From: a bacterium
Lineage (GTDB): Bacteria; Omnitrophota; Gorgyraeia; Aquiviventales; Aquiviventaceae
DNA: 64,000 nucleotides
Assembly (NCBI GenBank): GCA_036396895.1
Contig: DASWKB010000038.1
Location: 13,145-77,144, forward strand
Direction of reading: 5' to 3'
In this document: positions 30,501 through 38,770 of the stretch, piece by piece
Numbering within the stretch: the first letter of the stretch is position 1
Layout of the letters: every line of letters starts with the position of its first letter
The notes under the pieces: model-generated
Told to the model about the DNA's origin: nothing
The model's input: only the letters and a program-made list of their open reading frames with translations
Databases searched by the model: none
Position numbers and translations under genes: made by a program

Positions 30501-31161
30501 TGTGCGCCGTGCCCCGGATGACCGGCCGGTCCGGAGTGAGCGCGCGGGCTCGGAACGCGCGAACCAAGTCGTCGTCGATCAGGGCCCGGAGATCCTCGGG
30601 GGCGAGCCGTTCGACCTTCATGACCTCGTGCGAGGTCCTGAATCCGTCGAAGAAATGCACCGCGGGCACGCGGGACTTGAGCGCGGCCGCGTGGCTCACC
30701 AAGGCGAGGTCCATCGCCGCCTGCACGGAGCTGGAGGCGAGCATGGCGAACCCGGTCGCGCGCGCGGCCATCACGTCGCTGTGGTCGCCGAAGATCGACA
30801 GCGCCTGGGTCGCGATGGACCGGGACGCGACGTGAAACACCGTCGGGAGCAGCTCCCCGGCGATCTTGTACATGTTCGGGATCATGAGGAGCAGGCCCTG
30901 CGAGGCGGTGAACGTCGTGGTCAGTGAGCCCGCCTGGAGGGCGCCGTGCACCGCCCCCGCGGCTCCGCCTTCGCTCTGCATCTCTTCAACCGAGGGAGGA
31001 ACCCCCCACAGGTTCGGCCTGCCCTGGGTCGCCCACTGATCCGCCCATTCCCCCATGGTCGAAGAGGGGGTGATGGGATAGATCGCGATCACCTCGCTGA
31101 GTTGATAGGCGATCTCGGCAACCGCCTGGTTGGCATCGAGCGTCACGCTCGGGCGTGGCAT
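27580..31161 (-). CDS. nifJ: Pyruvate:ferredoxin (flavodoxin) oxidoreductase
   Basis: [14 protein letters not shown], two ferredoxin motifs (CVQCGKC, CTGCALC), [16 protein letters not shown] motif; 1193 aa. Confidence 0.97.
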   Translation of the reverse strand: MPRPSVTLDANQAVAEIAYQLSEVIAIYPITPSSTMGEWADQWATQGRPNLWGVPPSVEEMQSEGGAAGAVHGALQAGSLTTTFTASQGLLLMIPNMYKIAGELLPTVFHVASRSIATQALSIFGDHSDVMAARATGFAMLASSSVQAAMDLALVSHAAALKSRVPAVHFFDGFRTSHEVMKVERLAPEDLRALIDDDLVRAFRARALTPDRPVIRGTAHNPDVHFQAREASNPYYLACPAIVQGAMDALGRLTGRRYHLFDYLGAPDAEHVVVLMGSSAETAQETVEYLTARGARVGLINVRLYRPFSVEHFIAALPPTVTAIGVLDRTKEPGSAGEPLYLDVVAAVQEAVSAGRAPFRTHPKIIGGRYGLSSKEFTPAMLTGVFDQLSSASPKNHFTVGIVDDVTMTSLAYDPEVSTEDADTHRAIFYGLGSDGTVGANKNSIKIIGEGTPFYAQGYFVYDSKKSGSMTVSHLRFGSRPIRSAYLITQASVVACHQFSFLERFDVLSVARSEATFLLNSPYGPGEVWAHLPRPVQRQIIEKRLRVFVIDGYRVAQEAGMGRRINTVMQTCFFAISGVLPREEAITAIKASIQKTYGKRGEAVVQKNFAAVDHALEHLHEVAVPAEADGALELLPPVPAQAPEFVKSVLGRMIVGQGDQLPVSALPDDGTYPTGTARWEKRNIALQIPVWDETLCVQCGKCVLVCPHAVIRGKVYPADRLQGAPETFKSAPARWREFGGRRYTLQVAPEDCTGCALCVEVCPVKSKREVRHKAINMHPQEPLRTAERDNWEFFLSLPEADREALALAQVKDVQLLPPLFEFSGACAGCGETPYLKLLSQLFGDRAMIANATGCSSIYGGNLPTTPWTANGDGRGPAWANSLFEDNAEFGLGMRLALDAQGAYAKRLLVKLGDIVGEELVDSILNADQSSETGLRAQRQRVARLKERLRGLAEQEGADLERLADVLVKKTVWIVGGDGWAYDIGYGGLDHVLASGHNVNVLVLDTEVYSNTGGQMSKATPRAGVAKFAASGKQMPKKDLALMALSYGHVYVAQVAMGASDMQTLRAFLEAEAYDGPSLIIAYSHCIAHGYDLVHGMDQQKAAVQSGHWPLFRYHPARPGDGKHPLLIDSGPPSIPLENYIYNETRYTMLAHSNPEEAKRLLELAQEDVRVRWRRYQHLASSAVTDAPPEAPHA

Positions 31162-31248
31162 CGCGTCCCCTCCCTTGTCTCGTCCCCTGCAGCGTCCGAT
31201 CTGACGTCCTGAGCTTACCTATGAGATACCTGAATATACCGCCGCCTT

Positions 31249-31266
31249 CTATGATGGCTGTCATAG
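31249..31266. promoter_or_regulatory. Putative Crp/Fnr-family box upstream of nifJ (proximal)
   Basis: CTATGAT-GGCT-GTCATAG. Confidence 0.65.
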
Positions 31267-31333
31267 AGGATTCCTGCATTGGAGGCATAAACGTACCGTG
31301 AGAAAGCGAGATAGTTCCATCAAATGGGCTTGG

Positions 31334-31350
31334 CTATGACCTGGCGCATA
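31334..31350. promoter_or_regulatory. Putative Crp/Fnr-family box upstream of nifJ (distal)
   Basis: CTATGAC-CTGG-CGCATA. Same distance to a minus-strand TATCTC as the proximal box. Confidence 0.55.
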
Positions 31351-31394
31351 CCGTATTGAAACGGGACCGCACTGTCTCGGAGGCCGCTGGCGGG

Positions 31395-32057
31395 TTAGAG
31401 ACGGATTTTCCCTGACAGCAAGAGAAGCTGCCGGTCGTCCCAATCCGCGCCGCGCCGGATGCTCTGGATGCCCCAGGCGAGCGTAGCGGAGAGTTGCTTG
31501 GTGAGGGAGGTCTGGAGGCCCGCGAAGAGGCGATTCTGGTTCCAGCCCCCGTGGGGGGTCTCGAAGAAGGGTTCCTCGCTCGCACACACCGCGAGCCGGC
31601 CGTCGGTGCCCGGCAGCGTGTACACCGCTTGAATGCGGTTGCGGTAGCGCCACTTCACGTCATCGGAGGCGCCTTCGATCACGCGGATCTCCAGGCGCGC
31701 CCGGTTCTCGAACTTCACGGGGCCGACGGCGACGTGCGGAATCAGATCAAACATCGGCCGGTGCTCGTCGCGCCAATGGCCGTCTTGGCCCTTCTCCTGC
31801 ATGTAGCTGTAGACCGCTCCGGCCCTGAGATGCGGCAGCACCTGGACGGCGGCGCTCCCCTCCCAGTAGACGAAGAAGATCTCCCGCATGTCGTCCCGGT
31901 ACCGGGTCTGCTCGACCAGGGTCCCCGAGACCCGGCCGCGCGTGAAGAGCGGCCACACGGTTTCCTGCCACAGGTGCCAGTCGTCCGATGCCCGGACGGC
32001 CGGCGTCACCGCGAGACTCCCGAGCACGAGCACGCATGCGAGACCGAAACGGGACAC
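31395..32057 (-). CDS. DUF2490-like outer-membrane beta-barrel protein
   Basis: Signal peptide, EHRP, ENRARLEIR, RYRNR, EEPF, QNRLFAG motifs. Confidence 0.8.
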   Translation of the reverse strand: MSRFGLACVLVLGSLAVTPAVRASDDWHLWQETVWPLFTRGRVSGTLVEQTRYRDDMREIFFVYWEGSAAVQVLPHLRAGAVYSYMQEKGQDGHWRDEHRPMFDLIPHVAVGPVKFENRARLEIRVIEGASDDVKWRYRNRIQAVYTLPGTDGRLAVCASEEPFFETPHGGWNQNRLFAGLQTSLTKQLSATLAWGIQSIRRGADWDDRQLLLLSGKIRL

Positions 32058-32125
32058 GAATCCTCCTCAGCTCAGTGAACAGTGAACAGGCAAAAGCCAA
32101 AAGGCAAACGCACAAGTGACAAGGA

Positions 32126-32467
32126 TCATTCGTGTGACGTTCGACGTTCGTCCCTTTGGTCCACCAACCGGATCGTCTCCACGATCAACGGCAGATACCG
32201 GTCGAGACAGCAGTCGGCGCGGCTGCGGACCTCGCACGCATCGTCGGCCCGGCGGTGCTCGCACCGTGAACAGATCCGCGCGCGGACGGCGGCCTCGTAC
32301 GCCGGTCCGGAGGCCCCGCCGACCTCGCGCACCAGTTCCACCAGCGCGGGAATCCACGCGGCCATCCGGCACGTGTCCGGATCCTCGCAGGAGAGCTGCC
32401 GGTCGAGGCAGACCCCGTGGACGTGCGCCCGAAGCGCGTCCCGATAGTGCTGCCAGGGATCCGTCAT
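32126..32467 (-). CDS. Small Cys-rich hypothetical protein with an internal two-fold repeat
   Basis: ATG 32467 overlaps the pckA stop, with an RBS (GGAGGAGG). 113 aa, 8 Cys. Confidence 0.7.
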   Translation of the reverse strand: MTDPWQHYRDALRAHVHGVCLDRQLSCEDPDTCRMAAWIPALVELVREVGGASGPAYEAAVRARICSRCEHRRADDACEVRSRADCCLDRYLPLIVETIRLVDQRDERRTSHE

Positions 32468-34206
32468 GGGCCTCCTCCCGGCGATGAAGACGCGGCGCGC
32501 GCGCCGACCGCGCCGTCTTCCGGCGCGGCCTGCCGGACGTCCGGCGGCACCCGCCCGTCGAACTGCGCGAAATTCTTCCGGAATCGCTGCGCCAGCTCGC
32601 GCGCCTTCGCGTCGTACGCGGACGGGTCCTGCCACGTGCGGCGCGGGTCGAGGACGGTCTCCGGCACGTCCGGGCATCGCGCGACCGCGTCCATGCCGAA
32701 CACCGGGTCACGCCGCGTCGGAGCCTCATCGAGCGCGCCGCCGAGCGCCGCGTCGATGATCGCCCTGGTCAGCTCGATCTTGATCCGCTTGCCGGCGCCG
32801 TAGGCCCCCCCGCTCCAGCCGGTGTTCACCAGCCAGCAGCGGGTGCGCTGCTCGGCGATCTTGTCCCCGAGCAGCTTCGCGTAGACGATAGGGTCCAGCG
32901 CCATGAACGGCGCGCCGAAACAGGTGCTGAAGGTGGCCTGCGGCTCGGTCACGCCCAGTTCCGTCCCCGCCACCTTCGCGGTGTAGCCGGAGAGAAAATG
33001 GAACATCGCCTGCGCGGGCGTGAGACGGGCGATCGGGGGCAGCACCCCGAACGCGTCGCAGGTGAGCATGATCACGTCGCGCGGATGGCCGCCGCATCCC
33101 GTCCGGCTGGCGTTGGGGATGTAGCAGAGCGGGTAGGCCCCGCGGGTGTTCTCGGTCAGCGAATCATCATCGAGGTCCAGCCGCCGGCTCTCCGGATCGA
33201 GCGCGACGTTCTCCAGCACGGTCCCGAACCGGCGCGTCACGGAGAAGATCTCGGGTTCCGATGCCGCCGAGAGGCGGATCATCTTCGCGTAGCAGCCGCC
33301 TTCGATGTTGAACACGCCGTGATCGCTCCAGCCGTGCTCGTCGTCGCCGATCAGGGTGCGCCGCCGGTCGGCCGAGAGCGTGGTCTTGCCCGTGCCGGAG
33401 AGGCCGAAGAAGACCGCCACCTCCCCGTCGGGGGCGATGTTCGCCGAGCAGTGCATGGAGAGCACGCCTGCGAGCGGCAGGAGGTAGTTCATCAGCGTGA
33501 ACACCGATTTCTTGATCTCGCCCGCGTACCCGGTGCCTCCGATCAGGATCAGCTTCTGTCCGAAGTTCACGACAATGAACGTGGGCGAGTTCGTCCCGTC
33601 GATCTCCGGGTCCGCGCCGAAGGAGGGGGCATGGAGCACCGTGTAGTCCGGCGTGAAGGCGGGATCGAAGCCCGTCCGGTCCTCCACGATGAACATGGTC
33701 CGGGCGAAGAGGCTGTGCCAGGCGCTTTCCGTCATCACCCGGATCGAACGCCGGTAAGCGGGATCCGCCCCGGCCGCGCAGTCCTGGATGAAGAGGTCTT
33801 TCCCCCGCAGCGAGGACAGCATGCGCCGGTGGAGCCGGGCGAACCGGGCCGAGGACATGGCGCGGTTGACCGGTCCCCACCACACGTGGGACTCGCTGGA
33901 CGGCTCGCGCACGACGTACTTGTCGTTCGGCGAGCGCCCGGTGTGCTGGCCGGTCCGGACCACCAGCGCTCCGCCACGGGCGACCGACCCTTCGCGCCGG
34001 CGGATCGCTTCCTCGTACAACGCCGAGGTCGAGAAGTTCCACGACACCTGCCCGGCCCGGGTCAGGCCGTGGCGGGCGAGCTCGCGGGCGGGCGAAGACT
34101 CCGGGGAGGATTCAGGCGAGCGGGCACGGGTTCGGCGCTGCGGCATGATGGGGCTTCCGACTCCTTGCGTTGTGGTGGCTGCGCCCGTCGCCGCGTCAGA
34201 CGTCAA
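32464..34206 (-). CDS. pckA: Phosphoenolpyruvate carboxykinase (ATP)
   Basis: TGRSPNDK, YAGEIKK, GLSGTGKTTLS, IGDDEHGW, NIEGGCYAK. The start may be ~34146. Confidence 0.96.
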   Translation of the reverse strand: MTSDAATGAATTTQGVGSPIMPQRRTRARSPESSPESSPARELARHGLTRAGQVSWNFSTSALYEEAIRRREGSVARGGALVVRTGQHTGRSPNDKYVVREPSSESHVWWGPVNRAMSSARFARLHRRMLSSLRGKDLFIQDCAAGADPAYRRSIRVMTESAWHSLFARTMFIVEDRTGFDPAFTPDYTVLHAPSFGADPEIDGTNSPTFIVVNFGQKLILIGGTGYAGEIKKSVFTLMNYLLPLAGVLSMHCSANIAPDGEVAVFFGLSGTGKTTLSADRRRTLIGDDEHGWSDHGVFNIEGGCYAKMIRLSAASEPEIFSVTRRFGTVLENVALDPESRRLDLDDDSLTENTRGAYPLCYIPNASRTGCGGHPRDVIMLTCDAFGVLPPIARLTPAQAMFHFLSGYTAKVAGTELGVTEPQATFSTCFGAPFMALDPIVYAKLLGDKIAEQRTRCWLVNTGWSGGAYGAGKRIKIELTRAIIDAALGGALDEAPTRRDPVFGMDAVARCPDVPETVLDPRRTWQDPSAYDAKARELAQRFRKNFAQFDGRVPPDVRQAAPEDGAVGARAASSSPGGGP

Positions 34207-34673
34207 CGCAGGAGCGCCCGCAGCACATCCATCGAGGTGACAATGCCGGCCAGGGTGCCCTCCCGTCCGACGACGACCCGGTGCACCTGCCGGCGCAGCA
34301 TCACCCGCCCGATGGCGCGCACGCTCGTCTGCTCCCGGACCAGGGGCGAGGCCGGCGCCATGACGTCGCGCACGCGGCGCTCGTCGGCCTCGGGGCCGAG
34401 CGACGGCGGAGGCGCCACGGCCGTGGATTCCTGCGTGAAATAGGCCGCCTCATCCGCGGCGCCGGTCCGGCCAAGCACCAGATCGCGCTGGGACACCGCC
34501 CCGACCAGCCGGCCCTCGGCGTCCACCACCGGCGCGCCGCTGACGCCGTGGTCGAAGAAGACCTGAGCCGCCTCCCGGAGCGTCATGTCCGGGCTCAGCG
34601 CCACGACGTGCCGGCGCATGACATCCCCGGCCCGCAGCTGCACGCCGTCCCGCTTCACCTGGATCCCAGCCAT
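34203..34673 (-). CDS. CBS-domain pair protein
   Basis: VSGAPVVD..GRLVG.VS..DL and GIVTSMDVL. Confidence 0.88.
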   Translation of the reverse strand: MAGIQVKRDGVQLRAGDVMRRHVVALSPDMTLREAAQVFFDHGVSGAPVVDAEGRLVGAVSQRDLVLGRTGAADEAAYFTQESTAVAPPPSLGPEADERRVRDVMAPASPLVREQTSVRAIGRVMLRRQVHRVVVGREGTLAGIVTSMDVLRALLR

Positions 34674-34702
34674 CGCTCCCGCCGCCCCGCCGCGAGGCGG
34701 GT

Positions 34703-35356
34703 TTACACGCGCACGCGGAACTCGGCGCCCGCGGTTCGCTCGCCGGCGATGTCGCCCTCGAGTTCCCGGATCAGCGTCCGGCAGTCAATCCCGTGCCGCC
34801 AGGCCACCTCGTCGAGGCACACCAGTCCCTCATCCTGAATGTTGATGAACATCCGCCGGAATACCCCTGCGGCTTCCGGATAGGCACGGAGCACCCGGTT
34901 CACGGTCATTCGCTCATCGACGCCGGCCTCCACCGAAGGCTCACCGAACTCCTCCTCGGAGGGGAGCCGCCGTTCAAGTTCCGGAAACAGCATGGCTTCC
35001 TCCTCGTCCATATGCCGGCGCAGCCGCTCGATGAGCGCGAGGAGCCGCGGGCGGATCGCCGCACGTGCTTCTCCCGGTCCCTGGACGAACGCCCGGTTGA
35101 TGGCGCTCAGCAGGCGCGGCTCGCGGCGGTGCGTCACGCCCAGGTGCGCGATCTCATCCGGTTCCAGCGAGGCGCGGCACCGGCTGATGAGCGACTCCTC
35201 CCGCCTGATATGGTCCTTCAACTGGCGCGCGAGCGTGTACACGAGCTCCCTCGCCACGTACCATGCCTGCGGATGCAAGGCAAGCGCGCTCTCGAGGATC
35301 TGAAGTTTCGCGCGCAGCAGCGCGTGCTCGCGCCGCAGGCGCTCCACCGGTTGCAT
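34703..35356 (-). CDS. Hemerythrin-domain protein with C-terminal DUF1858/ScdA_N-like domain
   Basis: EH, HIRREE, H, HMDEEE.LFP di-iron pattern. C-terminal MTVN.VL..YPE...VF...LDEVA..HGID. GGAGG RBS before 35356. Confidence 0.8.
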   Translation of the reverse strand: MQPVERLRREHALLRAKLQILESALALHPQAWYVARELVYTLARQLKDHIRREESLISRCRASLEPDEIAHLGVTHRREPRLLSAINRAFVQGPGEARAAIRPRLLALIERLRRHMDEEEAMLFPELERRLPSEEEFGEPSVEAGVDERMTVNRVLRAYPEAAGVFRRMFINIQDEGLVCLDEVAWRHGIDCRTLIRELEGDIAGERTAGAEFRVRV

Positions 35357-35563
35357 CGCGACCTCCCGTCTCCTCCCGCGCCACAGAGACCCGGAGCGTA
35401 CGAGGTTGCGCGCTGTGGTGCTCACATCCTACGTTCGGCCTGCGCACCCTTTCGGCGTCGGCTCGATGATGATGTCCAACTCGCGCTCGAGGGCCGCCAC
35501 GTGGCCCGCCTGGACCTGCGCGCCGACGGCGATCATGATCAGGCGCGCCGGAACCCGGGCGCG

Positions 35564-35579
35564 CTATGACGCATGTCAG
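35564..35579. promoter_or_regulatory. Putative Crp/Fnr-family box
   Basis: CTATGAC-GCAT-GTCAG, upstream of the hemerythrin-CBS-pckA unit. Confidence 0.55.
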
Positions 35580-36271
35580 CCCCCGGCGCGGACAGTCCCG
35601 TCGCGAGACGCGGTCCGGCCGTTGCCGTCAACCAGATGCCTGAGCTGCTCCGGCGCGAGCACCGTGATCTTGCCGCGGGATGACGTGATCCACCCCTTCC
35701 GCTTCATCGTGGAAAGCGTCCGGATCGAGGTCTCCCAGCGAGTGCCGGCCATCCTGGCCAGCTCGTGGTGCGTCAGCGGAATCGTCACGCCGAAGGTCGT
35801 CCGAAGCCTGAGCAGCACCGAGGCCAGCCGCTGTTCCACGGGCGCCTGCCCGAGACGGATCGTCTCCGCCATGTGGCGCATCCGGTGAATGCAGCTGGTG
35901 ATGACCGCTTCGGCGAACTGCGGATACTGCGAAATGAGCTCGCCGCAGGTGGCGGACGGAATCCGAACCACCTGAGCGTCCGTGGCGGCCAGAGCCCCGG
36001 CGGAGTACGTCCCGCGTTCGAACGCGGAAATGCCGCAGAGCGCCTCGTCCGGCGTCATCGTGAAGATCGTCGCCAGGGATCCCTGGGGGGTGCGCTTCAC
36101 CAGGAACACGACCCCGCGCTTGAGCACCCACACGGCTTCCGCCGGCTGATGCTCCTCGAAGATCATGGCGCCCTTGCCGAACCGTAGACGCTGGCACTCG
36201 GACGCCAACTGCCGGCACACCGGGGACGGCAGAGCTTGAAACAGCGGCACAGAATCGAGCAGATGCTCCAT
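35576..36271 (-). CDS. Crp/Fnr family transcriptional regulator
   Basis: cNMP-like domain plus HTH LTHHELARMAGTRWETSIRTLS. Confidence 0.92.
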   Translation of the reverse strand: MEHLLDSVPLFQALPSPVCRQLASECQRLRFGKGAMIFEEHQPAEAVWVLKRGVVFLVKRTPQGSLATIFTMTPDEALCGISAFERGTYSAGALAATDAQVVRIPSATCGELISQYPQFAEAVITSCIHRMRHMAETIRLGQAPVEQRLASVLLRLRTTFGVTIPLTHHELARMAGTRWETSIRTLSTMKRKGWITSSRGKITVLAPEQLRHLVDGNGRTASRDGTVRAGG

Positions 36272-36298
36272 GGCTCCTCCCTCACGGCTTCTGTCAGT

Positions 36299-36341
36299 AT
36301 CGTACCCCCACCGGAGGGAGAAGTTCTATGACGTACGTCAT
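36299..36341 (-). promoter_or_regulatory. Crp/Fnr box plus -10 element (class II-like promoter)
   Basis: Perfect ATGAC-GTAC-GTCAT (36328-36341) and minus-strand TACGAT (36304-36299). Confidence 0.7.
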
Positions 36342-36398
36342 GCGTGGGTAGCGCGGCGCGTCGGAGCGGTCCGGTTTCCTGACAGATGACCCGGGGGC

Positions 36399-37052
36399 TC
36401 AGGAACGGACGAGCTCGCTGAGGTGCTTGGGATGGACGATCGTGGTCTTGCCGCGGACGGACCGGATCCACCCCTGCTGCTTGAAGCGGCTCAAGGTGCG
36501 GATGGCGGTCTCATGCGTCGTGCCCGCCAGCTCGGCCAGCTCGTGGCGGGTCAGCGGAATCGTCTCGCCGAATTTCTTCTGGAGCGTGAGCAAGACTTGC
36601 GCGATGCGCTTTTCTGCTGGCTCGTAGGCGGTGCAGCTCTTGTGCTCGACCTGGCGCAGGCGATCGCAGAACAGGCACAGCGTCTGGCTGGCGAATTCCC
36701 TGGACTTCGCCATGGCCTGGTGGAACATCTCAAGCGGAACCCGGACGAGCGTGCTGTCCACGGCGGCAATGGCATCGACGGGATAGGCCTTGCGGTCCAG
36801 CGTGGAGAGGCAACAGAAGGTCTCCCCGGGGGTCATGACGCACGTGGTGGATGCCCGGCCGTCGGCGAAGAAATTCATCAGGTGGACGCGTCCGGTACGC
36901 ACGACCCAGACCGCGTCGGCCTGCTCGTTCTGCCGGAAGACCGTTTCGCCCTTGGCGAACCCGCGCTCGCGGCTCACGGACGCGACCTGCTGCAACTCCG
37001 CGGGCGTCAAGCGCTTGAACGGATCCACGTTGGCCAGAAATTGCTGCATCAT
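36399..37052 (-). CDS. Crp/Fnr family transcriptional regulator (Cys-containing)
   Basis: Starts MMQQFL, coupled to ccsA. cNMP-like domain with several Cys (TTCV, FCCL, LCLFC, KSC); HTH LTRHELAELAGTTHETAIRTLS. Confidence 0.92.
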   Translation of the reverse strand: MMQQFLANVDPFKRLTPAELQQVASVSRERGFAKGETVFRQNEQADAVWVVRTGRVHLMNFFADGRASTTCVMTPGETFCCLSTLDRKAYPVDAIAAVDSTLVRVPLEMFHQAMAKSREFASQTLCLFCDRLRQVEHKSCTAYEPAEKRIAQVLLTLQKKFGETIPLTRHELAELAGTTHETAIRTLSRFKQQGWIRSVRGKTTIVHPKHLSELVRS

Positions 37053-38770
37053 GCCCCTGCTCGGACGCGGCGGGAAGCCATGACGGCGCCCAGGAGCGCG
37101 ATGAACGCCGCTTCTCCGATGGCGTACGCGATCAAGAGCGGCGGGATCGGCTTCGCGTTCCCGCCGGCATAGCTGTGCAGGCCGACCAGATAGAAGCTCA
37201 CACCATAATACGTCATCAAGAGCAGGAAGAATCCCGCGATCGTGGCCATCGCCACGCCGGCCGGCCGCAGCCAGCCGGCGAACCGGCCGTGCAGCACCGC
37301 GATGAACCACAAGAGCGTGATGAGCGCCCAGGTCTCCTTGGGATCCCAGCCCCAGTACCGGCCCCAGGACGCGTTCGCCCAGACCGCCCCGAGCATGATC
37401 CCGGCCGCCAGGAGCACCACGCCGACCTGAATCGTCCGGTAGAGCCACAGATCGAGCGCGGCGAGCGTGGCGTCCTCGCGGCGCGCGAGATACTTCGCGC
37501 CCGCAAAGTGCGCCAGGACCGCCGCCAGCGCCAGCGCGCCGTAGCTCGCCACGATCGTGAGGACGTGCACGGTAAGCCACAGGTTGCTGCGCAGCACGGC
37601 GACGATCGGGGTGATGCTGGAATCCAGCGGCAGATGGTCCGCCAGGATCAGGGTGATGACGGCGAGGATCGACGCCGCCAGCGCGAAGAACCGCACGCGG
37701 TAGCGCCACTCGAACACGAAGGCGAGGACGACCGCGACGAACGGCAGCCAGAGCATGGTCTCGTAGAAGTTCGCCACCGGAGGCCGCTCGGCAAGCACCA
37801 CCCGCGCGACCATGCCGCCCGCGTGGAGGGCCGCCGCCAACGTCATCGCGGCCATCCCGATCGCCGCCGCCCGCCGCGAGCCCGCCGCTGCCGTCGAGGT
37901 GCCGCCGGGTGTGACGCCCGGCGCACCCGCGCGCAGCCCGGCCGCCAGGGCCAGGATCGCCAGGACGTACGCGATGCGGGCGAGCAGGAACGGCTCGAGC
38001 CGGTTGTACCACACCTCGAGCGTGAGGCGCCACTCCGCGGGATACGCGGACGGCTGAAGGTCCCGGAGAGTCCGGCGAAGCGACCGCGCCGATTGCCCAA
38101 GCGCCTCCGCATCGCCGCCTCGCACGGCCTGGACGAAGGAGGCCCATGCGCCGCGGACGGTGTCCCGCGCCTCCGGCGGGTGGCCGGCCGGGTTCAGCAC
38201 GGGCAGCCAGGTCCGCTCAAGCCGCGACGCGGGCGGGACGAGATCGAGCTCCTGTTCAAAGAGGAGATTGAGCGTGACGAAGCGGTCGTACACGTCCATC
38301 GTTTCGTTCTCGGCGATGGTGAGCTTCTCATCGCGCTGCTGCTTCGCCACGATGGGCGGCAACAGCTGCATGAGCCGCCGCGTCGCGATGATCCCGTGGT
38401 AGGAGACGTGCGCGGACTCATCCGGCACCCCCAGCGCGTCGCGCAACGGGCCATACGGCACGGCGATGAGCGGCGCGTCCTGCCAGCGCTCCGGCTCCGC
38501 GATCAAGGAGAGCGTCGTCGCCACCGGGTCCTGCCCCCCCAGGGTCGGCGATCCCGTCAGATGCTTCAGGGTCTCCCAGGCGAAGCTGTCGAAGGGTTTG
38601 TGGCGCCCATGGTGCTGGATGACGATCCGCCGCGCGCCCGAGAGCGCCGCCTCCGGCCAGTCCCGCACGTCGGGCACGTCCCCGGCTGCCTGGACGGCGA
38701 TCCCCGCCGACATGACGAGTCCGCACGCGAGGCCCCAGACGCGCCAGGCGCGCCGCCGAGTGCCGATCAT
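37049..38770 (-). CDS. ccsA: System II cytochrome c synthase CcsA/ResC with a large periplasmic domain
   Basis: GRHKPFDS, RPPVANFYE, WLTVHV, WWD motif WGRYWGWDPKETW, GLHSY. Confidence 0.92.
   Translation of the reverse strand: MIGTRRRAWRVWGLACGLVMSAGIAVQAAGDVPDVRDWPEAALSGARRIVIQHHGRHKPFDSFAWETLKHLTGSPTLGGQDPVATTLSLIAEPERWQDAPLIAVPYGPLRDALGVPDESAHVSYHGIIATRRLMQLLPPIVAKQQRDEKLTIAENETMDVYDRFVTLNLLFEQELDLVPPASRLERTWLPVLNPAGHPPEARDTVRGAWASFVQAVRGGDAEALGQSARSLRRTLRDLQPSAYPAEWRLTLEVWYNRLEPFLLARIAYVLAILALAAGLRAGAPGVTPGGTSTAAAGSRRAAAIGMAAMTLAAALHAGGMVARVVLAERPPVANFYETMLWLPFVAVVLAFVFEWRYRVRFFALAASILAVITLILADHLPLDSSITPIVAVLRSNLWLTVHVLTIVASYGALALAAVLAHFAGAKYLARREDATLAALDLWLYRTIQVGVVLLAAGIMLGAVWANASWGRYWGWDPKETWALITLLWFIAVLHGRFAGWLRPAGVAMATIAGFFLLLMTYYGVSFYLVGLHSYAGGNAKPIPPLLIAYAIGEAAFIALLGAVMASRRVRAGA

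Noticed and set aside
27574-30927. Long plus-strand ORFs (1117 aa here; also 1157-3361, 20738-23473, 42510-44915, 47281-49530, 60832-63015)
   Set aside because: Antisense shadows of well-supported minus-strand genes in high-GC DNA; no recognisable motifs.
35429-35536. ~35-aa minus-strand ORF (MIAVGAQVQ...) upstream of the hemerythrin gene
   Set aside because: No clear RBS or motif; cannot be supported from sequence alone.
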